Of a stretch of DNA of 64,000 bases, positions 38,082-51,230 are shown piece after piece (position 1 is the stretch's first letter; every line of letters starts with the position of its first letter). The notes below the pieces were generated by a model that saw only the letters and a program-made list of their open reading frames with translations, was not told the DNA's origin and ran no database searches. The DNA lies in assembly GCF_000497125.1 (NCBI RefSeq), contig NC_090601.1:682001-746000 (forward strand), given 5' to 3'. This stretch comes from Spironucleus salmonicida. Taxonomy: Eukaryota. A program made the translations under genes and the position numbers.

Positions 38082-39527
38082 TCACAAACTTTCTTATTAT
38101 TGATCTTAACTCTGCACTTTACCCAAAAAGATACTGTCAATAATTTTCTAGATTCCTTCCTGCATATCATCATTATCGTCAATGAGATGGTTAATACGCT
38201 TGAAAATATCGGCCTCAAGCCCTATTTTGATCTTCTCAATACTATCGCCGATTTCCTAAATCCCACCCTAATCGCCCTATAAACTGCGAATTTACTCACC
38301 CAAAAAGTCTTTCATTATTCTTATGCCATTATACGACATTTCAATTTGATTTTGATTTTTCACTTCCTCAAAACTTTACTATTATTATTCTTTAATTATG
38401 CTGATAGTCAAAAAGTTGTCATTTTCGATCATTTTCGCGAATTTCGCCCTCAAATCGTCGATTTTCTAAGTTTTGAACTGGCTGAAGTTGCAGTTAAGCA
38501 TCGCGAAATCGACGATGAAAGCAGGCTTGAACAGGTAATTTTCGGCGTACAAATCGGTGTCCTAGGCCGCCAGCATCCGCTCCACCAGCGCCCGGAATTT
38601 TTCGGGCCCCAAACCGGCCTTCCGCGCTCCAAATTCGACCGCCGCGGCGTCAAATTCGCTGAAAATCGCGCGCTGCGCCTCGAAGATTTCGGCGACGATT
38701 CCGCGGAATTGCGCCTCCACGAACGCCTCCAAATGCTCGATTTTGCGCTCCGCCAAATCGTAGGAAATGCTGCGCCGGAAGACGATTTGGCTCGAGAAAA
38801 TACGCTCGCTGAAGACTGAATTCGTGCCCGTGTCGATGAAGAAGTGGTGCGCCGTGCTGGCCATCTGCTGCGTCTTTATCGCCGTAACGACCTCCGTGCC
38901 CGGTTGCACGAAAAACACGTTGTTCAGCCTCTGCAGCTGCGACTCGTGCTCGTGGCCGTTTACGACGAATTAGACAGGCGCGAAAGCGTGCAAATTGAAG
39001 TGGAAAATTGATTTGAAATCGAATTTTCCCGCTATTGAGTTGTTCTCGTGCGCGATCAGAATGCATGTGCGGGGCAGGGCTGTCAGCTAAGGGTTTTGGT
39101 CGAAAAACGGCCTGGAATCCGCCAAAAGCGTGTACTGGGTGCCGTGATTTATGGCGTAAATGATCAGAATCTCTTGGTTTACGAGGTAAAACTACGGTAT
39201 AATCGTCATTTCGAGCACGTAGGACGGAATAGACGCATCCAGCAGTTCCACAATGTTATGGTCTTCGTGGTTACCGACGCAGTAGATGAGGTTTCCAGGA
39301 GGTGCAAATATGTTTTTTAGCTTTCTGAGCCTTCTTATTTGGAGCTGTACCCTTCGTAGGTCACTAGGGGTCGCGCGCTTAGAGTCGAATAGATCACCAG
39401 CATGGATCGTAACATCTGCGTGAACTGAGCGGTCAATATGCTCCTCGAACGCGCTCATTGGTTGCTCAGATTCCGTCTTGAAGCGCCTGTAGCCAATATG
39501 TGAATCTGTGAAAACGGAAATCAGCAT
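38082..39527 (-). CDS. MRE11: Mre11 double-strand break repair nuclease, 481 aa
   Basis: Phosphoesterase motifs DSHIG, AGDLFD, GNHE, IAHE, NGHEHE followed by FVQPG; continuous only with TAR=Gln. Confidence 0.82.
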
Positions 39528-39548
39528 TTGGAAGGGCCGCTCCAAATG
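39525..39548. promoter_or_regulatory. Palindromic bidirectional start element CATTTGGA-N8-TCCAAATG (mirror copy 36426-36449)
   Basis: Perfect 8-bp inverted repeat whose two ends are the ATGs of Mre11 (minus) and the GC-rich ORF (plus). Confidence 0.55.
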
Positions 39549-40904
39549 GAGGTCGAGGCGCTGCTGTCAAAGCTCGCCCTCAGCCGGAGCGGTGCGGTTG
39601 CCGCGGACGAGCGCACGCTGCTCTCGGAGGCCCTGCTCGCCCTGAAGCTGGTGCGCGCCCGGGGGCTCGCGGGCATCGCGGAGCGCCTGGCGGGCGTGGC
39701 GGTGCGACCGGAATGCGCGCAGGTAGGCGGCGAGACGCGCGCTCCCCGACTCGCAGTGGATACGGACGCGCTCACTCAGCGGGCCAGCCTCCCGCAGCTG
39801 GCGGCCCTCGAGGACCGGCTCACGCGGCTGGGGGCGCAGCGGGCGGCCCGGGATGCCCTGGGGGAGCAGGCGCAGGGCGAGGCGCACTCCCACCGCTGCG
39901 TCCGGAACAGCGCCTACGCGGCCCTCGCGGAGCGCATCCAGCGGGGCGTGGCGGGGCACCTGGGCGGCGCGCCGGGGTTCGAGCGCTACCTCCGCTGCCG
40001 GCGCGCGCTCTTCTTCCGGCAGTTCGGGCGCGCTGGGGGCGCGGCGTACACCGGGCTGCGGCATCCGCGGGCCTCGCTCCTGCTGGACGGGCTCTTCCTC
40101 GGGGGCGCGCTGGACCGGGACCGCCTCGGGGGCGTCCAGGGCGCGCTGGGGGCGCACGAGGTGGGACAGGAGCACGCTGTCTGCGCGGCTGCGGCGGTGC
40201 TCCGGCTGCGCTACGGGGACCTGGCGCTGCTGGCGGACGCGGACCTGCTGGCCTTCGTGGGCGCCTTCGAGGCCGCGGTGAGGGCGGACCCCGCGGACCG
40301 CCGCCAGGTGCAGTGGCGCCGCATCGCCGACGCCCTGGTGCAGCTGGGCGCGATGGCGGACTTCGACGGCGTCTTCGGGGCGGTGCGCGCCGGGGAGCCT
40401 GGGGAGGGGCCGCCGCGCATCCCGCACGCACTGGACACGGCGGCCCGGGAGGAGGCGGACGCCCTGCGCGCGGAGGTGCTCGCCCGCCAGGAGGAGGCCT
40501 TCGCTGGCCTGGGGGCGCGCTACCGGGCGATAGCGGCCGCGGAGGCGGGGAACCAGCCGCACGCGATACCGCCCAGGCCGGACTTCGGGCGCGAGTGCCG
40601 GCTGCTCGGGGCCAGGCTGCGGCGGGAGGCGGCCTCCGGGGCTGCGGATGCACTTGCCTCCCACCGGCGGCAGGAGGGGGCGCGCCGGGCAGCCCTGCTG
40701 GAGGAGGCCAGGCGCACGGGGGCGGAGCTGGAGGCCAGGGTGCGGGAGCTGCGGGGCCGCCCCCTCTCGGACCGCGCGTTCCTGCTGGTGCAGCGGGCGC
40801 TCATAGACGCGGGCGCTGCTGGCAGAGCAGGGAGTCGGTGTCGGAGCGCTGGCGGGCCTCGCTCTGCAGCTGGAGCAGCGGGCTGTTCCGGTGTTCCGCA
40901 GTGA
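39546..40904 (+). CDS. Very GC-rich hypothetical protein, 452 aa (right arm)
   Basis: Mirror of 35070-36428 with one R/Q difference. Confidence 0.6.
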   Translation: MEVEALLSKLALSRSGAVAADERTLLSEALLALKLVRARGLAGIAERLAGVAVRPECAQVGGETRAPRLAVDTDALTQRASLPQLAALEDRLTRLGAQRAARDALGEQAQGEAHSHRCVRNSAYAALAERIQRGVAGHLGGAPGFERYLRCRRALFFRQFGRAGGAAYTGLRHPRASLLLDGLFLGGALDRDRLGGVQGALGAHEVGQEHAVCAAAAVLRLRYGDLALLADADLLAFVGAFEAAVRADPADRRQVQWRRIADALVQLGAMADFDGVFGAVRAGEPGEGPPRIPHALDTAAREEADALRAEVLARQEEAFAGLGARYRAIAAAEAGNQPHAIPPRPDFGRECRLLGARLRREAASGAADALASHRRQEGARRAALLEEARRTGAELEARVRELRGRPLSDRAFLLVQRALIDAGAAGRAGSRCRSAGGPRSAAGAAGCSGVPQ

Positions 40905-41059
40905 CCGTAAGTAGTGCCGGGCCATTCGCGCCGTACTTGGCTTGGTGGAGGCCATCGCGTGGGAGGTCCTGCGCCAGCTCCCGAGGTCGCCCAGGCGCGG
41001 TGAGCAGCCCCAGGAGGCGGTGACTCGCCTAGGTGCTGCAGCTTCTCTGCAAGTGACAC
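40801..41059 (-). pseudogene. WRKY-like pseudogene (right arm)
   Basis: Mirror of 34915-35173. Confidence 0.7.
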
Positions 41060-42090
41060 TGTACGTTTGTATTAGTATAGACATGCAGTAACTAATATTA
41101 TGCTATCTAAAAATACTTAGTGCAACTACTTAACGATTTCAATACACCTAATTTTATGATAGTCAAGAGTAAAGGATATTATACTTTATATATAGATAAT
41201 ACTTAAATTGAAATAGTACTGTCATATTTATATGTTTTATTGATAGTAGATATATGGCATCTAGTCCTAATAATTGTGCCTATGCCTTTAATGACGAGGA
41301 AAAGGCTTTAGAGAGCGGCGGAGCACAACTAAGCAATGAGATGACTAATGTATGATGCAACTTCAACTTACCTAGCTGCCCGTACGAACGAGCTGCTACA
41401 CCCGAGTAAGTAAAATATATCTAGGCTTTAAGAGCAAAGCTGTACCAAAGACTATGCGAGAATAGTATACTACAGTTAGATAATAGAATAGTAGAGCCTC
41501 GCATAAAAGTTATTAGAGGGTTGCTCCTCAACATAAGTATGACGAAGTAAAGTACATCCAGTGCACAATACCCAGAAACTTTCGCGTCAACCTTCAGAAG
41601 CTGAAGACTTTGGTGATTCAGAAGTCGTGCTGGTCGAATAAAGATAGGCCCTGGTTTTTGCACGCAACAGGGGCGTCTGTCTGAGCTGCTTTATAACGCA
41701 GTTTGGCTCGCTGCTCATTTTCAAACTAGATATTGGGTGGTATATGTAAAATAATAGTATGTCTAGAATAGCAGTTTTGCCAAAATCCCTAGCACTAGGA
41801 TATTGTCCATATCTAGTGACCACTAGTACGGCACGGCAGAGTGCTGCATGCAGGTAGGTAAAAGATAATAGTGAGAATTTTATGCAGCTGCTGCGCACTT
41901 AGTGTAGCAGTGCAGCGTTACCGTGTTCCAATAACGCGTTGAGTGTGTCAACTGCGCGCCCGGTTCTTTATGTAATTGGCCATTACGCAGACTAGTTTAT
42001 AGGAACTAGTGGATAACCACATTACTTTTAACATGCCTATATAATATTATACTATATATAGGTTTCACTCTAATTACTATTACTCCTTAA

Positions 42091-45000
42091 ATGACCGATC
42101 AGGGCTCGAATACCAAGGCAGAAGCTAAGCCTGCCTAGCTCACTTTTTCCTCGCTAGGCAAAGATCTGGTGGAGCTTCAATAGGATGTGGTGTTTGCATT
42201 CAGCGGAACTTAATTTAAGATAAGCGAAGTTGGCGATACCGTACGCTACCTGAGGATAACCATTGATACTGTTGGAGACCTCAGCCTCCTGCACCTCTTC
42301 ATGTGGCAGCACAAATAAGAACTGCTGTTCAAACGGAAAGTCTAGATAATCATTATTCAAAAGACGTTTGATTTAAAGAATAGCTCAGTATCCGACTACT
42401 GGCTGAACCTGGTCTCACTATCTATCCAAATGGGATTTTCAATTTTATCATATTAAGTAATAGGCGATGAAGAAATACAAAAACTAGCAGAGGTATAAGT
42501 AGAAATCATGAAATCAGATCACGAGATTGTTATAGTTTCTAAAAATTCAGCAATCGACTCTAAATTATTTCCAAATTATATTTTGATTGAAGATGATATT
42601 AATTTATAAAAATAGAATAAAGTTGATATGAAATATGATGGTTATGAACTAATTTACCCTATGTTTAACATGCCACCTGCCATTAGCAGTGTCGAGTAAT
42701 TGGCTATCCTGCAAATAATTGGATTAACATTACATAAATGTGATACATATGCGCATCTCCTGCCAATGATACTAGGGTATACTGCATACCTTATTTACAA
42801 ACAAATGGAAAATAATGATGTGGTAAAGAGAAATTACACGATTCAAGTTCGTGCACAAGAAGCAGTAGCATATTCATAATAAATTTATACAGATTTAATG
42901 GTTTCCCAAGCTTATTAAAACTTCTTTGAGCTCCCAGTGCATTTACTAAAAATATTCGAGTTTAACGATACCAACAAGTTCATCTTCCAGCAAATGTGCG
43001 ACGTGTCCTACCTCTTCAAGGCGCAGTACTTTGCGGTGTTCTCAGCCTTCTTCCCCCTAGATAATGCGGTTATGAGCCAGAGCTCGAGGAGCGGGAAAAC
43101 TGTCACCCTGCACACCATCTTCTACTTCAACCTGTTCTCAGGGGTAAAAATTCCCATATTGATTAACACAGGATTTACAAAAGATTCGCGTGAGCTGGAA
43201 ACGCAGCCGCTATACGATAGAACTTCTATCGAGATTGGTGAAGGCATAAGAGCTCTATTTTGCGAGTATCAAAGTAAAACTGACCTTGGAGACGTTATTA
43301 GTAGTAATTTGAAAGATGGAGTTGAATATTCTAAAACGATGGCCTATGTCAAAGCAGAGTGTTTCAAGTTAATCAAAATATATGATATGCATACTGCCTA
43401 ATAATAACTTAAGGGTGCGTTTGAGTTGTATTTGTAGGGTACGTCAGTATTTTGTGAATTTTCTGTGACCGGCCTGCTTGATTTTTTTAAATTTGATCAG
43501 AACAAGTAATTAGAATAAACTACAAAATTCTTAGATGATGAAATTTAGGCGTCTACAAATAAATTAGAAGCAGCTAAAAAAATAATAGGTACACTAAATT
43601 AGGAAGACAGCATACAAAACTAGAAAGACGTTATTAGAGCTATAGAGTAATAAATTGAGCTATTGACGTAGCGTAAAAACTCTTATAGAGCATACAAAAC
43701 TCAGCCCCGGTCAATTAGTGTTTAATCGTATAACTCCAATAAGGAAGTCATGCTTTTAGTCGATGAGTGTTTATCCTAGCAGAAAGCCAGCTACGCATTG
43801 TGCACCAGCGCGCTAGTGGGAATAACAGATTAATTCGTTGTAAAATTTATGGAAAAGGCAAAATCGAGCATTGAAGAAATACTTAACAAAATAGATGATA
43901 TATCAGTTAATTATCTCATATAATTATTAGACTGGTTAGAAATTCGTTAAAATGGTTTGATAGTAAGGAAAATTGATTACTATGACACTCCTTAGTACTT
44001 AGAATATGCAAAGAAAAAACTAGAATCAATTCTTCTTGATCCTACAGAGATTGAACGATACTTCCTGAGGCTAATACCATCTGAACTATTCAAAAACTGT
44101 AAAGCCTATAAAATTATTGATCTAATGGGTATTTCGTCACCCAATTTTAGCAACCTTAGATAGCCATTAATCGTATAGAAGTCGTTCTAGGAAATGATGT
44201 AAGATCTTACAAAATAAAGTACGTTGGAAGTATTCAGAGAGAAAATCTACTAGTTCCTCATTATGCTGTACAACCCGCGTGGGGTCGAGACGATATTCTG
44301 GCTTAATGTTTCTTATTTTATCAATTAACACAATAGAACTACCAGATTGAATACACCAATTGATGTTACATATAAATTAAACGAATATTTTAGGAAATAG
44401 TTTGGTACAGAAAACCAGTATACAGATTTCTTCAAAAATACATATGATGTTAAGATAACATTCCCTTAAAAGAATGTTTACGAAGAAGTACCCTTTACCT
44501 CGAAGAATACCGTTCACCTACTGACCGCTGGAACGGATATATCGATTGTAAACTTCATTGGATACAATTAATCTCGCTACACTTCTTGCAATAGTAGAGG
44601 CAGTAACATATTTACAGAATCTAATATACTGGGCACCTCCTAAATGCACTCCTCCTGCTTGACTTAACGCTACTACCAAGGTATGCAAATTGCAGCCCTC
44701 ACTGACGATTCTATGATCCAATACGTAAAGAAGCAGGTATAGGGTATGGACATCAAGGATTTCTACCTTACGGCTGCACCCGAGCTAGCGGCAGAGATGC
44801 AGTTCATGTGCCCCCTGGTGTGCCCATAGATAATTATTAATGAGGGTGCAAATGCATACTTTTTTAACACTACACAGTAATTTTAGTTCAAAGTGAACGA
44901 AAAGGAGATTCCTTTGAACTAGATTTCTTCTCATATGTAAATTCAAAATTCATTGTGCATAATGAGGGATGAGGAATTAGTTGGAGCTAACTAGCTCATA

Positions 45001-47418
45001 AATTCGAACGACCAAGAGGTACTGTTTGAACCGTAGTCAATTGCAGAATTTAATAAACATTTACATCGCACGTCTTCCTCATCGCTGAATCGAGATGTGG
45101 TGTTCGTATTAAATTTCTTAGCGAGCTAATAATTCTTGACAAATCTGAGACGTTTAGGACAGGATGCAATGTAAATATTCCCCAGAGAGAAAAGTGGCAT
45201 CGATCAGATGCTGTGTTTGTTCAAATAGTAATAAATATCTGAAATCTCTGCGGCAATATTTCTTGTTATGCAGTTATCTTGCACTGGATCTTAAGATAGT
45301 ACACGCGCTGATTTGAATATAGTTAGCGACAGTCATATGTTACTACTTAATAGGCTTATGAGCGAGCTTAACTAGTATGAGCAATTTCTAGAAATATACT
45401 TTAACCCGGTGTAGGTCACCAGCTACGATATCACCACTCCCTTGGAAACAATCTATAACAATTTATAAACTCTATTTTAGGGGGCCACTTTCATGTTTCT
45501 GCAGCAATCCTTTGACATATTCTTCCAATCGGCAGATAAGCGGAATATTAAAAGCTATATTTAGCATGCAATAGCAAATGCAGCTAACTGCTAGGCTACG
45601 CTGTGTGAAATGAAATTACTAGAATCCAATCAAAAAATAGCAATTGTTAGTATTTTGGATAAGACTAAAATTTAAAATCTGCTTTTGAAACATTACCCTG
45701 CAATGCCAGACTACTTGATATCGTTATTCGGAACCATAGAAGAAAACACCAATAACTTACTGTACAATGATATGCTATCAGTGCAGTAGCACTTAGTCAA
45801 GGAACGCCAATTTCAGAGTCTTAACTTTCTGCTAGACTCAGGTACGCGTGGTAATTTGGCAGTTTTCAATAAATCAAATGATGCTGGAGTTCACATATGC
45901 TTCCAAACGACCAATGTGCCCGGGATAAGTACGGCATAAATTGACCTAATCAAGCAAGGGCGGAAGATTACAAAAGAAGGAGAATTGCAGGTTCAGAAGC
46001 TATTAAAGGAAGAGGAAGAACAAGTATATGTTGACCTTGAAAGGGCTACTGGGAAGGTGGAAAAGCTGAAAGCTTAACTCTTAGATGTGGAATCTAAATA
46101 AAACGCAAAAACTGAGACCGTTGCAAAAGTAACTGATATGGTGAAGTAGGCATAAAAGAAATAAACATATGCAGAACAATAGATCCAAAAATAAAATATA
46201 CTACTGACTAAAGTAGGTTAGATTGGTGGCTTTAGTGGCTCTAGGGAGGAATATTACGCGCTAACTAAAAAACTGGGCGAAATTATCAAAGAGAATGAAG
46301 CCAGCCAATTGGCTTTAGCTAAACAAAGGCAAAAATGCAAAGATGCAACATAATAATAGAACTTGAAAAAATAGTAAGATAAACTTATAGAAGAGAACAA
46401 TGATTTACGTGTCAAGGAAGAAAGAACATATTTCGCTGTGTAAGACTATGCATACGAAAAACTAAAAACTATCTTGAATAACATATTCATGGATCCCACG
46501 TAGAAGCAGGTTTATGTTGTCTTAAAGGAAGGTCAAGCTATCTAAGACGCGTTTAAAGACTAGAATATGGTCTTAAAATATGTATAATCTAAGAAAGTTC
46601 AAAAGTTCATTCAGTCAGATGACAGCATTCTAGAAGCTGGCACCTGCCAGATAGACGTGCACTAGTTTATTGAGGAGTATAAATATCTGTTTAGCCAGTT
46701 AGGTGATATTCAGGAGAAAGTAGAAGAAGCCAGGACCTGCATTCATCTACAGACTCACGACTGGGTCCCAAATTTACTGAATTCCTCTAGGACAGAAAAC
46801 ACTACGCTACCACCACTGATTCTTAAAGAGCTCGTCTAAATAGTAAACTCTTGTACAGACAAAAGCAAGGTGACTTACAAAACCTTCTTTAGCGACTAGG
46901 CTATCAAGGATACCAAAGAGGTCGAAGCTGACATTGGTGCTACTGACATTTTCACATACTTTTCACGCCTACATCTGTTCCCAGTGTAGGTTGTAGATTA
47001 AACGTTAATAGTCTGCAAGCTCACCACTGATCATGAGCAGTTCAATCCTCCAGCTTTCAGTCAGTCAGAAATTGAAGCTGAAGGCACTGGATTGTAATAC
47101 GAAATTTTGTGCAAAAGTGCAATCGAAACGTATAAAAGCAAACTCTCCGAGCGCGATATCGAATTCCTGCAAAAGAAGGAAGACAAAGTTTTTGATGCAG
47201 CATGCGCGTTACTATAATTTGATGATGGATTTTTTGCATTTAACGTAAAATATTTATACTAAATGTCTATTACGAGAAGGTAGAGAACATCTTTTAAGGA
47301 GGATTGTTTCGAGACTATTTACGAATCCAAAGAGAACTTACTGGAAACGTTCACACGACTCAAAGCTGTTATAGTGGCCATCGAGGATGGCGTCGTCCAC
47401 GTGATAATTCTTGAGTGA
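42091..47418 (+). CDS. Large hypothetical protein, 1775 aa, coiled-coil region (right-arm copy)
   Basis: Translated throughout: 1775 codons without TGA, many TAA/TAG; MTDQGSNTKAEAK...VHVIILE; ends GAGTGAAAGTGA; E/K/Q-rich at ~45960-46440. Confidence 0.85.
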
Positions 47419-50400
47419 AAGTGAGGGTTTGTTGGTTCTACTGCTTGAGGTCGCTGCATGGGGAAACTGGTAGGCTAAATGACTGCTTATTTATATTAAC
47501 CGTTTCGTATATATCATATTCTATAATTTTGAACTGCTTCCTTAAGCTGAAAATAAGAAATTCTTAAATAAGTAAGTTTTTAAGAATAGATCAAAACTCT
47601 GTAAAACATCTCAGTGTTCAGATAATTTTTAAACATTTTGCTAAATGACACTTTACAAGAACTACTCTGCTTCCAGTACTTCAATTGCTAAATATTGGGT
47701 TCAGCATTTGCAATAAACTTTGTTTCCCGATTTAGAATGATGAATATCCTTGGTCGAGTGTGCTAAACATTCTTCTGCATTGGCCTTTTTGCTGCCTAAG
47801 ATGACACATATTTACATTATAACCATCAAGAAAGTTTGCTCGTTTCAAGCGCATTTACTATTTTAACTCAAATTGCAGATCAAGTGATAAAAGATAGTCT
47901 GGTCCTGCAAGCCCGTCGAAGTACAATGTAGATACCCAAAATAGGTAAATGTGCGGTTTATGTTATTTTGAAAAATGGAATTTCTGTGCTGAAAGTCTAG
48001 CTTCATGTACTACTCCGGGAGTATTAACAGAGCGGTATGCAATTTTGTGCTGGACCAGTAGCGCATCTGCAAATTTAAAAAATTTAGGGCAGGGGTGCTG
48101 AATTTAAGGTTAACCTATATTGGTGCCTGCAATTTCAATTAGAAGGAGTAGTGATTTAACACGATAGTGTATTTTGCTTATTAAAGTGGTTGCAAATGCA
48201 CCAGACTCCATAGAACTGATTTATGGTGTATTAATGATGACACATTATATCTGCAGTTTTTGCCATTACCAGTAATCTTCGTTCCTGGGACTACTAAGAC
48301 ATCGAGTCCTTTTATATTTCTTGGTTGAGGCTGGTCATAACTTCTAGGTTTGGGTTAACCGTCAGTGCTATGATTAGGTAACATGACTTTGACAGATCAA
48401 AATAGCTGGATATCCTTCGTAATCCTTAAAACACAATCATGCAAACTATTTGCCGATAGATAGCTGCAGGCTAGTAGAACAGACAAACTATTTCTAGCAA
48501 CAGTAACTTGTTTCTGTATGCTAGTGTTGCGATAGCGTAAGGAGTTAATATAATGACTAAGCATGCTACGCATTATTAGAAGATTAGAATTCCTATAATT
48601 CTCGCCTCCTGGAATGTCCCTCGATTCTGGAGGTAAAACCGATGTACAAGACGCACCATGTGACGTCCTGACCATATTCATACTTAGTGCATCTGAAACT
48701 ATTATTTGGCGATCGGTCGACCAGTAATGATGTTATCAAAGGATGCAGGAAGTTTCACGCAACCTAATTGCAGTTATGTTACTTACAACTTAAGTAGGAA
48801 ATAATGCTACAGGCATCCTATGATGATATTCAGGTAAGTCAAATTACCATAATAGGGGAAGAGAATCTGGTTAGGAGGCCCCGTGACGCAGAAGCATATG
48901 GCAGCAATAAACTGTACAGCGCGAAAGCCATAATTATTGTAAAAACGAATACCATCATACCATGCACAGAACATACCACAATACACAACTTCTGGGTTTA
49001 GCAGCTGATAGCTGAAGACTGCTGTGAGATGATCCATCTTCCCTCCAAGATACACGTGGGCTTTTAATAAAATTACAGACAACAGCCGCTGACAGTGGTT
49101 AGGAATGCTGAATACTAACGCAGATAATGTAGTAGTGCAGTAGGTCAAGATAGACATGGATAATGTAGATAGGCAACATATAGTGTATATTATACAACTT
49201 CTGAGGATTTGTATATTATTTAAAACTTTTAAGCGATATGCATTCATTTACTTTTCAAATTTTTGAATATAAATGGCCACATAGGAGTTGTAGCATGCTT
49301 AGTACACCACTTTATCCTACATATTGGCGTAGAATAAGATCTAGCTCTTCAGTGTTGCGACTGTACAGTCTGCAAGCATGCAAATTATCAGGATAGAGGA
49401 TTGTGTAAAGAGGCGCATACACAGACTCTCGACTGGCATCTCAAAGCGAGAAAATATATAATTTCGCTGTCGTATGGTGGTAGCGCGTGTCTATTGGTTG
49501 TCAGTTTTCCTCGAGCAGTATCTAGCGTTACAAGATACTGTGCCAAGAAATATTAGATCTATAAAGAAGCATATTGATCATAAATATCTATGAATATTAG
49601 CCACTACGAAAGATAAATACAATTGTGTAATGCGAAGGCCCAGCTGGAAGTATGGACTCCAAGGGGCATGCCCATAAAGTTGGTTAGAGCGGAATTGGCT
49701 GATAATACATTGTTGAGTCCAAAGCGAATTGGGCGAATAATAAGAAATCATATCAACTATACAAGTTCAATCGTCTAGAATACCAAACAGCGCGCAGTTT
49801 TTCTTTGCATACAAGTACCAGTAAGTAGGCGGCACAGATAGAACTTTCAGGGGTCGTGAAAGAAGAAAATATATAATCTCACGTCTTGATCAGTTTTTTG
49901 GTTAGGGTGTATTGATCAGGTGTGACAAGGCTATCAGTAAAGTGAGGACCAGGTTTGTGTTTTCCGTAATCTTACGATAATTGCGAAATTCCAATTCAAA
50001 TCGCGAATAACAAGAATAATACTTACATATGTCATATTATCTCGATAATAGTATGCAGATTTTGAAATTTTTATAATTAAATTTAGGTACTCTAATATAA
50101 TTATATTCAGATAAATATATAGCATCTGATTACATGAAATAGCTATACTTGGCGAAATTGCTATAGAAGGAACATACTGGCTTTCTATATAATAGTTATT
50201 GTTATAAGTTTTTAAAAAGATTATACCGAAACATCGTCACTAGTCTTTTTTAGCCTATTAAGTCATCGCATACATATTATAATAAATATGCTAACTATAA
50301 AAATTATTGCTTATTCTATTTAGATAGCTTATTGTTGGCGCAACAATGACTTCTGACAATCATAATAGTTATATCCACGAAATACGTTATCTGAAACGCT

Positions 50401-51230
50401 ATATATCAATAATTTAGCCTAAATTTTTCAAAATCTTATCAATAACTGCCAAACTATTTAAGCACCCATTTAAGATTTTGTAGTGAAAATAATAATCATT
50501 GCTGCTTTCCAAAATATTGAGAACAGTTACATTTTCTAAGCAATATTCTTTGAAACTGTTTGAGCTCTAGGCATATATTATAATGGAACAAATACCTGTA
50601 ATACATAGCCGTGATATATTTTTTGGACAGTTTCGTACTTAATAATATCACGATTTTGAGTATATATCATTTAAATATGTGTAGAGAGAGATAGATAGAG
50701 TGATATTATTTGCATATCATTTTATAGGCTTTATCGTATAACACTGTATTTAACGCAACTGGATTGGGTTTCTTCGAATATGAAATTTATGTTAGGATAA
50801 ATTAATTGATTTTTGCAATGTATATGAACATTACTAACAATTTGTATGGTGTAAGAGTGTTCGAGCATAGTAACATATTTATATAACAAAAGAGCACTAG
50901 TCTAGAAACAGTACGAATGCCTTTTCAAGAATGTTAAGGCTTACTAGAATGTAAATACTAATGTAATTAGTACAGATGCATATTGGTGACGACTACTAAT
51001 GTATTTATAATAGTTATTGGTAAAGATGATTTTGACAAGATTGCAGACTAAGCACAGTATATGGTGCAACATTATGAGTCATACATTATTTATAATGAAA
51101 TGTAATTAAGTGTAATTAGAATAGACTGAAATTATGCTAAATTTAATATTAACCAATTTTCTGCTGGTCTACATCACATTACTGTAAACGGATTGAATAT
51201 TTAAGCGAGAAATAAAAACTTATCACTATG

